Source: an uncultured Eubacteriales bacterium (GTDB lineage: Bacteria; Bacillota; Clostridia; Christensenellales; Aristaeellaceae). From it: DNA of 35,544 nucleotides. The notes beneath the pieces were generated by a model that saw nothing but the letters and a program-made list of their open reading frames with translations, was not told the origin of the DNA and did not search any database. A program made the translations under genes and the position numbers. The DNA lies in the NCBI GenBank assembly GCA_902782795.1, contig CACZOT010000018.1, positions 1 through 35,544 of the forward strand, written 5' to 3'. Positions 1 to 7,800 of this stretch are shown piece by piece; position 1 is the first letter of the stretch; every line of letters starts with the position of its first letter.

Positions 1-151
1 CGCAAAACCTCTGTCATATTCCTCCCGTTCTCCCTTTTGCCCTACTTCTCCTCACCCCACCCTCTCTATCGTTCGGGTTTTGGACGGATTTTTGGCGAAC
101 CGCGCCGGCCGCGGAGGGATTCCATAACAGAACTCCTCCGCGGGGCCGGCA

Positions 152-715
152 TTATTTCGCCGCCAAAATCGCGTCGGCGATGGCCGGCAGCGCTTCCATT
201 GCCGCGACGAGCGAGGCGGGTTTGTTGGACGGATCGTCCGGAACGGCTGTGGTCAGGTAGGTATACGGCCGGGCGAACAGGCGACGCAGGGCAGCCGCGC
301 TGCCGGTGCGCGCGTCGTTGGTCGAAGGCGCGAGCAGCACGGGCCGCTCGTTGCGCCATTGGGCCTTACAGGCCATGGTGACGCTGGTATCCGTGATGCC
401 CGCGGCCAGTTTGCCCAGCGTATTGCCGGTGGCCGGCGCGACGATGAGCAGATCCAGCGTCTTCTTCGGGCCGATGGGCTCGGCTTCGACGATGGTATGC
501 AGCGGCGCGCGTCCGCAGATCTCCGTCAGGCGGGCGATGAGCCGTTGGGCGGGCATGAAGCGCGTATCCGTCCCCCACGCGGTCTCGGAGAGGATGGGCG
601 TCACATCCGCGCCGCGCGCGACGAATTCCGGTAGCACCGCGAGCACGCGCGCGAACGTGCAGAACGAGCCGGTCATTGCAAAGCCGATCCGCTTTCCCTC
701 GAGATGGTTCTCCAC
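152..715 (-). CDS. dpaB: dipicolinate synthase subunit B (SpoVFB/DpaB, flavoprotein fold)
   Basis: Last 187 codons of track ORF 152..1414. The translation VENHLEGKRIGFAMTGSFCTFARV...IGPKKTLDLLIVAPATGNTLGKLAAGITDT...PVLLAPSTNDA fits the DpaB family. It lies directly downstream of dpaA. The GTG at 713-715 follows the purine run GGGAAGGGG and the dpaA TGA (721-723). The start could instead be the GTG at 722-724. The long N-terminal extension in the track overlaps dpaA and is rejected. Confidence 0.85.
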   Translation of the reverse strand: MENHLEGKRIGFAMTGSFCTFARVLAVLPEFVARGADVTPILSETAWGTDTRFMPAQRLIARLTEICGRAPLHTIVEAEPIGPKKTLDLLIVAPATGNTLGKLAAGITDTSVTMACKAQWRNERPVLLAPSTNDARTGSAAALRRLFARPYTYLTTAVPDDPSNKPASLVAAMEALPAIADAILAAK

Positions 716-720
716 GCCGT

Positions 721-1476
721 TCACCCCTTCCCTTTCGCCATGCGCAGGACGGCCTCGGCGAGGACCTCTCCCGCGCTGTCCGGGCAGTATTTTCCGGGCA
801 GGCCGGAAAGTCTCCTGGCGCGGATGCCCAGCGCTCTCGCTTCCTCTATATCGAACCCATACGGGGCGGACGCGAGGTCCGTCAGTTCCGCCCCCTCCGG
901 GAGGAGGCGCAGGAGCCTTTCGTCCAGGACGGGCGCGGGCACGGTGTTCCAGACGTGCTCGGCCCGGCGCAGGGCTTCCTCGGGCTCCGTGACGGGCACG
1001 CGGGGCATGCCGTCCCGGGACGCGCGCGCCGCTGACGGTCCCGGGCGCGCGGCCACAGTGACGCGGGCTCCGCAGGCGGCCAGCATATGCGCAAGTGTGC
1101 GGGCGATGCGCCCGTATCCGAACAGCAGGCAGCGGCTGCCCAGCAGCGCCCGCTCCTGCCCGCCGAGCGCCGCTGCCAGCGCTCCTTCCGCGGTAAGGAT
1201 GGCGTTGGCGCGCAGGTATTCCTCGTCCTCTTCCAACGACGCCGCCCGGAACCCACGCTCCCGCAGAAGCGCACAATCTCCCCGCTGTGTCAGGCAAAGG
1301 GTCCGCTCCGGACGCACCGGCGCGGCCAGGGCTTCCTCCTGCGTGGGCGCGAGCAGCGCGTCCGCGTCCAGACATTCCTCCGCGGCGCACGCGTGCCGCG
1401 CCTCGCAGCCCCAATCTTCCAGATACGCGGCGGCGCGCCGGTACCGCGCGTCGCCGCCCAGAAGTACGATCTTCAT
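721..1476 (-). CDS. dpaA: dipicolinate synthase subunit A (SpoVFA/DpaA)
   Basis: Track ORF 721..1647 trimmed to the ATG at 1474-1476, which is preceded by a GGAGGGGAG RBS. MKIVLLGGDARY... and the Rossmann-like stretch CLLFGYGRIARTLAHMLAACGARVTVAAR are typical of DpaA. It is paired with dpaB. Confidence 0.85.
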   Translation of the reverse strand: MKIVLLGGDARYRRAAAYLEDWGCEARHACAAEECLDADALLAPTQEEALAAPVRPERTLCLTQRGDCALLRERGFRAASLEEDEEYLRANAILTAEGALAAALGGQERALLGSRCLLFGYGRIARTLAHMLAACGARVTVAARPGPSAARASRDGMPRVPVTEPEEALRRAEHVWNTVPAPVLDERLLRLLPEGAELTDLASAPYGFDIEEARALGIRARRLSGLPGKYCPDSAGEVLAEAVLRMAKGKG

Positions 1477-1571
1477 GGCTTCTCCCCTCCTTATGGCACA
1501 GGCTATTCCACGGGGAGGGAAAGGGTTACACGCCGAGGGGAATATGCGAGGGGTGCCGCCCCTCGGGCTCC

Positions 1572-1800
1572 CTGCCAGGGGGAATGCTTCCTCTTGGACC
1601 CCTCCTTTGGGGGCATAAGAAAAACAGGCTCCGGTATCCTTTCGCAAGGATATCGGAGCCTGCCTCTTTTCGAAAGAATAGCTTGTTTATGTTGTATTAC
1701 AGAAATCCCCCAATGTGGGATTCTTAAGGGCCCTTGGACCCTTAAGCAGGGAGCGGGGCAGAGCCCCGCCGCAGCCCCAACGGGGCGGAGCCCCTGGCAT
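1572..1800 (-). repeat. multi-hairpin intergenic repeat, copy A (full length, reads 5'->3' on the minus strand after the AKR stop)
   Basis: The reverse complement aligns by eye almost end to end with 7801-8011. Its first ~100 nt also align with the reverse complement of 26981-27094. Modules include GGGGC-TCC-GCCCC, GCGGGGC-TCT-GCCCCGC, CTTAAGGG..CCCTTAAG, AATCCC..GGGATT, an AT-rich spacer, a terminator hairpin and CCAGGGGGAA..TTCCTCTTGG. Confidence 0.8.
1617..1670 (-). terminator. rho-independent terminator (hairpin inside repeat copy A), usable in both directions
   Basis: GGCTCCGGTATCCTT (1627-1641) pairs with AAGGATATCGGAGCC (1646-1660) with one G-T wobble. On the minus strand the hairpin is followed by TGTTTTTCTT, so it would end the AKR transcript. 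On the plus strand it is followed by CTCTTTTCG. Confidence 0.7.
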
Positions 1801-1815
1801 CCCCGGGCGCCCTCC

Positions 1816-2997
1816 TCAGTACTTCATGATCTTCGGCGCAACGCGCGCGGCGACGCGGTATACGGGGTTCTCGAGGCGGCGCTTGACGCGGTCCAGCTCC
1901 TCGCGAATGGAGATATGCTGCGGGCAATGCTGCTCACACTTGCCGCAGCGGACGCACAGCCCGGCGTTGGAGCGCACGCGCCGCAGGGTCGTGCACATCA
2001 TATACTCGCGCAGGGCGTTCACGTAGCCGTCGGCGTAGCTGGAATTATATATGGAGAAACAGGTGGGGATATCCACTCCCCGCGGGCAGGGCTGGCAGTA
2101 ACCGCAGCCCGTGCAGCCCACCTTGAGCGTGGAGTGCAGGGCGCTCAGCACGCGCGGATACAGCGCCTTTTCAGCCTCGCTAAGGCTGCCGGGCAAGGCC
2201 TCGGAGGCGACGCGGCAGTTCTCCTCCACCTGCCCAAGATCGTTCATGCCGGAGAGCACCACCGTGACCTCCGGGTGATCCCAGATCCAGCGCAGGGCCC
2301 AATCCACCGGCGTACGCCGCGGCTCCATGGCCCCGATCTCGCGCAGGGCCGCCTTGTTCAGACCGTTGGCCAGACGCCCTCCGCGCAAGGGCTCCATGAT
2401 GATCACCGGCAGGCCCTTGGCTGCGGCGTACCGGAGGCCCTCCACGCCCGCCTGGCTGTGCTCGTCCATATAGTTGAACTGGATCTGGCAAAAATCCCAA
2501 TCCCAGGCGTCGGCCAGGGCGCGAAACTGCTGCGTGCCGCCGTGGAAGGAAAAGCCGATGTTGCGCACCTGGCCCGCGGCCTTCTTCTCCAGGAGCCAGC
2601 GGTCTACGCCCAGGGCGCGCAGGCGCTCCCAGGAGGCGGCGTCGTTGAGCATATGCATCAGATAATAATCGATGTGATCCGTCCCCAGGCGGCTGAGCTC
2701 CTCGGCGAAGAAGCGCTCGCAGTCCTCAAGCTTCTGCACGCGGTACTGCGGGAGCTTCGTGGCGATGTAGACCCGCTCCCGGCAGGCGTGCCGTTGCAGG
2801 AAATTGCCCAGCGCCGCCTCGCTGCCGGGGTAGATGTAGGCCGTGTCGAAATAGTTAACGCCTTTTTCCAGCGCGGACAGGAGCTCGGCGTCCGCCTTGT
2901 CCTGATCGATCGCGCCGCCGCGCTTGGTAAAGCGCATGCAGCCGTAGCCCAGCGCCGAGAGCCTGTCGCCGTTTTTCGGATTGACCCTGTACTGCAT
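1816..2997 (-). CDS. aldo/keto reductase with C-terminal 4Fe-4S ferredoxin-type domain
   Basis: 393-aa ORF. The N-terminus LSALGYGCMRF...GVNYFDTAYIYPGSEAALG...YIATKLP is an AKR signature. The C-terminus carries two ferredoxin-type Cys clusters, CTGCGYCQPCP and CVRCGKCEQHCP. A GGGGGA RBS precedes the ATG at 2995-2997. Confidence 0.85.
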   Translation of the reverse strand: MQYRVNPKNGDRLSALGYGCMRFTKRGGAIDQDKADAELLSALEKGVNYFDTAYIYPGSEAALGNFLQRHACRERVYIATKLPQYRVQKLEDCERFFAEELSRLGTDHIDYYLMHMLNDAASWERLRALGVDRWLLEKKAAGQVRNIGFSFHGGTQQFRALADAWDWDFCQIQFNYMDEHSQAGVEGLRYAAAKGLPVIIMEPLRGGRLANGLNKAALREIGAMEPRRTPVDWALRWIWDHPEVTVVLSGMNDLGQVEENCRVASEALPGSLSEAEKALYPRVLSALHSTLKVGCTGCGYCQPCPRGVDIPTCFSIYNSSYADGYVNALREYMMCTTLRRVRSNAGLCVRCGKCEQHCPQHISIREELDRVKRRLENPVYRVAARVAPKIMKY

Positions 2998-3029
2998 GGA
3001 ATTCCCCCGTACTTCGGATAGACGGCCTT

Positions 3030-3058
3030 ATTGTAGTACGCATTGCGCCTGAAAGAAG
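3030..3058 (-). promoter_or_regulatory. candidate promoter of the AKR gene (-10 only)
   Basis: On the minus strand a TACAAT lies at 3030-3035, about 30 nt upstream of the ATG. The hexamer 17 nt upstream (CTTCTT) is a poor -35. Confidence 0.3.
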
Positions 3059-3067
3059 ACTTTTTTG

Positions 3068-3096
3068 TTGAAAATGGTGTGTCGAAATGGTAAAAT
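3068..3096 (+). promoter_or_regulatory. candidate sigma-A promoter of the MFS-HAD-hydrolase operon
   Basis: TTGAAA (3068-3073), a 17-nt spacer ending in TG, then TAAAAT (3091-3096). This is an extended -10 of the form TGgTAAAAT. Confidence 0.55.
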
Positions 3097-3153
3097 AGAA
3101 TAGATAGGGCCGCCGTGCTTCCGGCGGATATAAAGAGAGGGGTTTGGTCCACC

Positions 3154-4533
3154 GTGAATACCATCAAGAAACTGAGTAAGGGCAAGGTCTGGTGCTTCGC
3201 GCTGGGGCAGTTCGGCTGGTCGCTTCTGGCGGCGCTGATCTCCAGCTGGCTGATGACCTACTATCAGCCGGATCTGGCCACGCAGGAGGCCGGGCAGCCC
3301 ATCTTCATCCCCCAGGGCCGCGTGATCCTGGGCATCGCCACGCTGCTGGGCGCGATCACGGCCTTCGGCCGCGTCTTCGACGCCATCACCGATCCGTTCA
3401 TCGCCTCCAAGTCCGACCGCTGCAAATCCCGGGACGGCCGTCGCATCCCCTTCATGCGCGCCGCGGCGATCCCCTTCGCGCTTTCCTGCATCTTCACGTT
3501 CTGGTCCCCCATCGGCCATGAGAGCTGGGGGAACGCGCTGTTCCTCTTCCTCATGCTGATGCTTTTCTACTTCTTTATGACCATGTACTGCACGCCCTAC
3601 AACGCCCTCATCCCGGAGCTGGGCGCGGACCAGGAGACGCGCATGAGCATCTCCACGGCCATCTCCTTCACCTACATCGCCGGCATGGCGGTGGCCTACG
3701 TGGCCCCGGTGCTCTGGGGCGCGCTGGAGGGCTTCGGCATGGGGCGCGTCGCCGCCATCCGCACCACGTTCACGGCGCTCTCGCTCATCGGCATGGCCTG
3801 CATGTTCATCCCCGTGTTCGCCATCCGTGAGAAGGATTACGTCACCGCCGCGCCGAGCGAATCCACGGCGTTCAAATCCCTGGCGGCCACCTTCCGCAAC
3901 CGCGATTTCCGCGCTTTCGTGGCCTCGGATATCGCCTACTTCCTGGGGCTGACCATGTTCCAGACGGCGCTGCCCTTCTTCGTGCGGACGCTTCTTGGCC
4001 TGGAGGAGAGCATGTACACGGTCTACTTCGTGCTCATGACCGCGCTCTCCATGCTCTTCTACATCCCCGTGAACAAGCTCACGCCCAAGTTCGGCAAGAA
4101 AAAGCTGATTCTCTGCGCGTTCGTCATCTTCACCCTGGCCTTCACCTTTACTGCCTTCTTCGGCAAGTACCTGCCCTTCTCCCCGACCGCGCAGGGCTAC
4201 ATCCTCTGCGCCATCGCCGCGCCGGCTATGGCTATCTTCGGCATCCTGCCCCAGGCGGTCGTCGCGGACATCGCCGAGAGCGACGCCCTGGATACCCACG
4301 AGGAGCGCGCCGGCATGTTCTACGCCGCCCGCACCTTCGCCTTCAAGCTGGGCCAATCCATCGCCATGCTGCTGGTGACGGCCTTCGGCACCATCGGCCT
4401 GGAGACCGGCCTGGGCTACCGCATCACGGCCGTGGCCGCGGCGGTCGTCTGCGCGTTGGGCGGCCTGCTCTTCCTCGTGTACGACGAGAAGAAGATCTAC
4501 GCCAAGATCCTTCACAAGGGCCCCGAGGCGTGA
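3154..4533 (+). CDS. MFS transporter, glycoside-pentoside-hexuronide (GPH/MelB-like) cation symporter family
   Basis: Track ORF 3115..4533. It is hydrophobic throughout. The GPH-like N-terminus is KLSKGKVWCFALGQFGWSLL. The conserved cytoplasmic loop ITDPFIASKSDRCKSRDGRRIPFM resembles the GPH motif D-x-x-x-G-x-x-S-D-R. I prefer the GTG at 3154, 11 nt after AGAGAGGGG. The track start at 3115 falls inside a 5' hairpin only ~20 nt after the -10. Confidence 0.85.
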   Translation: MNTIKKLSKGKVWCFALGQFGWSLLAALISSWLMTYYQPDLATQEAGQPIFIPQGRVILGIATLLGAITAFGRVFDAITDPFIASKSDRCKSRDGRRIPFMRAAAIPFALSCIFTFWSPIGHESWGNALFLFLMLMLFYFFMTMYCTPYNALIPELGADQETRMSISTAISFTYIAGMAVAYVAPVLWGALEGFGMGRVAAIRTTFTALSLIGMACMFIPVFAIREKDYVTAAPSESTAFKSLAATFRNRDFRAFVASDIAYFLGLTMFQTALPFFVRTLLGLEESMYTVYFVLMTALSMLFYIPVNKLTPKFGKKKLILCAFVIFTLAFTFTAFFGKYLPFSPTAQGYILCAIAAPAMAIFGILPQAVVADIAESDALDTHEERAGMFYAARTFAFKLGQSIAMLLVTAFGTIGLETGLGYRITAVAAAVVCALGGLLFLVYDEKKIYAKILHKGPEA

Positions 4534-5255
4534 CGCGTCCGGAGATGATCCTGCTCGATTACGGGGGCACGCTCCTGCGCGAGCCGGATCTGGACTTCCG
4601 GCGCGGCTGGCGCGCGCTTCTCCGGCACGCCGCCCGAAACCCGCTGGGCCGCACGGCGGATGAGCTCTGCGCTTTCGATGCCGCGCACTTTCGCGCCCTC
4701 GCTCCCGCGCGGCGGGCGGGCTTCGAGATCCACGAACACCAGATGCTGCGCTACACTTGCGATATGAACCGCGTCCGCCTCGGCCTGAGTTGGGACGAGG
4801 CGGAGGACGTCCTCTGGGACGCCGCCTGCCCCATGGGCGAAGAGTGCCTCCTCCCCGGGGCGCGCGAGGCCCTGGCTTTCCTCGAACGGGAGGGCGTGCG
4901 CACGGGCGTTGTGAGCAACATCGCCTGGTCCGGCCGCGCGCTCAAGCGGCGTCTGGACGCCCTTCTGCCGGGGAACCGCTTCGAGTTCATCATCGCCTCC
5001 AGCGAATACGGCGTCCGCAAGCCGGACCGCCGCCTCTTCGATCTGGCCCTCTCCCTGGCGGATCTTCCCGCGGCGCGGGTCTGGTTCATCGGCGATACCT
5101 TCCCGACCGACGTCCTCGGCGCGGCGGGCGCGGGCGTATGGCCGGTCCTCTTTGGTTCCTCGCCCGCCGAGGCGATCTTCCCCTACAGCCGCATCGGCGG
5201 CTGGGCGGAGCTTCCCGCCCTTCTGAACGCTTCCCAATCCTGCGAAAAGAGATGA
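4530..5255 (+). CDS. HAD-superfamily hydrolase (subfamily IA-like) with atypical motif I
   Basis: Motif I is ILLDYGGTLL, motif II is GVVSNIAW, the motif III Lys is in VRKPD, and motif IV is FIGDTFPTDVLGA. The GTG start overlaps the MFS stop (GTGA at 4530-4533). An alternative ATG lies at 4545. Confidence 0.8.
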   Translation: MTRPEMILLDYGGTLLREPDLDFRRGWRALLRHAARNPLGRTADELCAFDAAHFRALAPARRAGFEIHEHQMLRYTCDMNRVRLGLSWDEAEDVLWDAACPMGEECLLPGAREALAFLEREGVRTGVVSNIAWSGRALKRRLDALLPGNRFEFIIASSEYGVRKPDRRLFDLALSLADLPAARVWFIGDTFPTDVLGAAGAGVWPVLFGSSPAEAIFPYSRIGGWAELPALLNASQSCEKR

Positions 5256-5261
5256 TTCCCC

Positions 5262-6254
5262 TTGGAGGAGCTGCATTCCCGATTGAACCCGGACGGCCTC
5301 GCCTATTCCCGGGATTACGCCGCCACCATGCGCGACGTGATCCTCCCCTTCCTCGCCGCGCGCCGCGCGGACGCGACTGTGCAAGGCGCGGGCGGCAAGC
5401 CCATCCACGCCTGCCGCTGGGACGCCGACGATCCCCGCGGCACGGTCGTCGTCGTGCACGGCTTCACCGAAAACGCGGAAAAGTTCAGCGAGGTCATCCA
5501 CTCCTTCCTGCAGAACCGCTGGAGCGTCGTCGCCTACGATCAGCGCGGCCACGGCTATTCCTGGCGCGCCGACGGGTTGGACGACATGTCCCTCACCCAT
5601 GTGGACCGTTTCCAGGACTACGTCGAAGACCTCGAGGCCGTCTGCGAGCAGGTCCTCAAGCCCATGCCCAAGCCCTGGGTCGTCTTCGCGCACTCCATGG
5701 GCGGCGCGGTGACTTCCCGCTTCCTCGAGCTGCACGACGGCGTCTTCCAGCGTGCGGCCCTCTGCGCGCCGATGATCGCCGCCAACTGCGGGGGCGTGCC
5801 CTTCTTCGTCACCAAACTGCTCTGCCGCGTCAACCGGATCGCAGGGCGCGGCAAGCGGCGCGTGTTCATCTCCAAGCCCTACGCGGGCCCGGAGGATTTT
5901 CCCACCTCCTGCGCGACCTCCCGCGAGCGCTTCGATTGGTATGACGCCCTCAAGGCCGCCACGCCTGAGTATCACAACAACGGGCCCACCTACCAGTGGC
6001 TCCTCGAGGAGCTGACCATCTCCCAGAAGCTCCTCGCCCCCGGCGCGGCGGAACGCGTCGCCATCCCCGTGCGCATCTGGACGGCGGAGGACGACAATCA
6101 GGTCCTCCCCCAGGCCCAGGAGGTGTTCGTCAAGCGTCTGCGGCAGGGCGAGCGACGGCTCGTCAAGGGCGCCAAGCACGAGATCTACCGCTCCGCCGAC
6201 GAGGTCCTCTTCCCCTGGTGGCATGAGGTCCTCGTTTTCCTGGCCGAGGCGTGA
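5262..6254 (+). CDS. alpha/beta hydrolase, lysophospholipase/monoacylglycerol-lipase-like
   Basis: VVVVHGFTENAEKF...YDQRGHGYS and the nucleophile elbow AHSMGGAV are typical of the PldB/MGL-type family. The start is uncertain: TTG at 5262, or in-frame TTG at 5283 downstream of GGAGGAG. Confidence 0.75.
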   Translation: MEELHSRLNPDGLAYSRDYAATMRDVILPFLAARRADATVQGAGGKPIHACRWDADDPRGTVVVVHGFTENAEKFSEVIHSFLQNRWSVVAYDQRGHGYSWRADGLDDMSLTHVDRFQDYVEDLEAVCEQVLKPMPKPWVVFAHSMGGAVTSRFLELHDGVFQRAALCAPMIAANCGGVPFFVTKLLCRVNRIAGRGKRRVFISKPYAGPEDFPTSCATSRERFDWYDALKAATPEYHNNGPTYQWLLEELTISQKLLAPGAAERVAIPVRIWTAEDDNQVLPQAQEVFVKRLRQGERRLVKGAKHEIYRSADEVLFPWWHEVLVFLAEA

Positions 6255-6309
6255 TGGTTCCTTCGCAGACTCTTCAGGCCGCTCCCCTCCTTCCGGCGGG
6301 GGCGGCTTC

Positions 6310-6338
6310 TTGCGTCCGCGGCGCGCGCGTGCTACAAT
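6310..6338 (+). promoter_or_regulatory. candidate internal promoter in front of the sulfatase gene
   Basis: TTGCGT (6310-6315), a 17-nt spacer ending in TG, then TACAAT (6333-6338), giving the extended -10 TGcTACAAT. It lies in the 116-nt gap between the hydrolase stop and the sulfatase ATG. Confidence 0.45.
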
Positions 6339-6370
6339 GCTCCCGGAAAGCGTCCAAAGGAGGGATCACC

Positions 6371-7795
6371 ATGGCACGGCCCAACGTTCTTCTCTTCATG
6401 GCGGATCAATTCCGCGGCGACTGCCTGGGCGTGGACGGCCATCCGGACGTCAAGACGCCCTTTCTGGATACCCTCGCCCTGCGCGGCGCGCGCTTCGCGC
6501 GGGCCTACAGCGCCACGCCCAGCTGCATCCCGGCGCGGGCCGGGCTGATGACGGGCATGTGTCCCCGCCATCACGGCCGCGTGGGCTATCAGGACGGCGT
6601 GCCCTGGCGGTACGAAAACACCCTGGCGGGCTGTTTCACCCGCGCGGGCTACCAGACCAAGTGCGTGGGCAAGATGCACGTCCACCCCCTGCGCAACCGC
6701 CTCGGTTTCGAGGACGTGGAGCTGCACGACGGCTTCCTGCATTATTACCGCCGCCCCGGCACGCCCGCCTGCGAGAGCCAGCTGCGCGCCGACGATTATT
6801 TCTACGAGATGCAGGGCCTCGGCCACAAGGACGTCACCGATACGGGCATCGACTGCAACGGCTCCGTGGCGCGCCCCTGGCCCTATGCCGAGGAGACCCA
6901 CCCCACCCGCTGGGTCGGCGACCGCGCGGTGGATTTCCTCCGCCGCCGCGACCGCGATCATCCCTTCTTCCTGATGGCCTCCTTCGTGCGGCCCCATCCG
7001 CCGTTCGACGCGCCGCAGTGCTTCTTCGATATGTACCGCGGGATGGACCTGCGCCGCCCGCCCATCGGCGATTGGGCGCAAAAGACCGCCTCCCGCGCGC
7101 AGGGCAGCCCCAACGGCATCGCCGATCCGGAGCTCCTGCGCGAGGCGCAGATCGGCTATTACGCCTGCATCACCCAGATCGACCACCAGATCGGCCGCGT
7201 CATGGAACAGCTGCTTCTCGAGGGCGAGCTGGCCAACACCTACGTCCTCTTCCTCGCCGACCATGGCGAGCTCCTGGGCGACCACAACCTCTACCGCAAA
7301 TCCCTCCCCTACGAGGGCAGCGCCCGCGTGCCCCTGCTCATCGCCGGGCCGGGCGTCGCGCCGGGCACGGTATCCCAGGCGCCCGTGGAGCTCATGGACG
7401 TCATGCCGACCCTGCTGGACGGCTGCGGCATCGAGATCCCCGCGAGCGTCGACGGGAAGAGCCTCCTGCCCCTCGCCCGCGGCGAAGACGCGCCTTGGCG
7501 CGAATGGCTCCACGGCGAGCATGCCTGGGAGGGCTATTCCGTGCAGTACGTCGTCACCGGGCGCGACAAGTACGTCTGGTTCTCACGCGACGGACGCGAG
7601 CAGTATTTCGACCTCGCCGCCGATCCCCAGGAGACTCATGACCGCATCGCCGACCCCGCCTGCCGGGAGCGAATCGATCAACTGCGCCGCGCGCTGATCG
7701 CTGATCTTGTCGGCCGGGAGGAGGGCTATACCGACGGAGAGCGTCTCATCCCCGGCCAGCCGGGCCGCGCGGTGCTCACAAGCGCTGCCCTGTAG
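6371..7795 (+). CDS. sulfatase (Cys-type, formylglycine-dependent), no signal peptide
   Basis: Track ORF 6251..7795 trimmed to the ATG at 6371, 7 nt after AAAGGAGGGA. The N-terminus MARPNVLLFMADQFRGD is followed by the formylglycine motif SATPSCIPARAGLMTG (C-x-P-x-R-x-x-L-x-T-G, Cys codon at 6524-6526). GKMH, LADHGE and other sulfatase blocks are present. There is no hydrophobic leader. Confidence 0.9.
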   Translation: MARPNVLLFMADQFRGDCLGVDGHPDVKTPFLDTLALRGARFARAYSATPSCIPARAGLMTGMCPRHHGRVGYQDGVPWRYENTLAGCFTRAGYQTKCVGKMHVHPLRNRLGFEDVELHDGFLHYYRRPGTPACESQLRADDYFYEMQGLGHKDVTDTGIDCNGSVARPWPYAEETHPTRWVGDRAVDFLRRRDRDHPFFLMASFVRPHPPFDAPQCFFDMYRGMDLRRPPIGDWAQKTASRAQGSPNGIADPELLREAQIGYYACITQIDHQIGRVMEQLLLEGELANTYVLFLADHGELLGDHNLYRKSLPYEGSARVPLLIAGPGVAPGTVSQAPVELMDVMPTLLDGCGIEIPASVDGKSLLPLARGEDAPWREWLHGEHAWEGYSVQYVVTGRDKYVWFSRDGREQYFDLAADPQETHDRIADPACRERIDQLRRALIADLVGREEGYTDGERLIPGQPGRAVLTSAAL

Positions 7796-7800
7796 AGGAC

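Noticed and set aside
1-17. Possible start of a leftward gene. On the minus strand there is an ATG at 15-17 preceded by GGGAGGAAT, and the gene would run off the left edge.
   Set aside because: Only five codons are visible and the RBS-to-ATG spacing is short (3 nt). That is too little sequence to call a CDS or a product. The imperfect hairpin at 104-150 between it and dpaB has no clear T-run, so I did not call it a terminator.
716-1414. N-terminal extension of the dpaB ORF (track 152..1414, 420 aa).
   Set aside because: The extension overlaps dpaA in another frame and is Arg/Gly/Ala/Pro-rich. DpaB-like sequence starts only at the GTG at 715, which has its own purine-rich RBS.
1477-1571. Sigma-K or sigma-G type sporulation promoter upstream of dpaA.
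   Set aside because: CATA-like strings are present (for example GCATATTCC on the minus strand). None fits an AC-17-CATA...TA arrangement convincingly, so I cannot support a call from the sequence alone.
1816-2997. The Fe-S-containing AKR, considered as the missing anaerobic sulfatase-maturating enzyme.
   Set aside because: Its cysteine clusters are C-terminal ferredoxin-type CxxCxxCxxxCP motifs on an aldo/keto reductase barrel. A radical-SAM enzyme would have an N-terminal CxxxCxxC motif.
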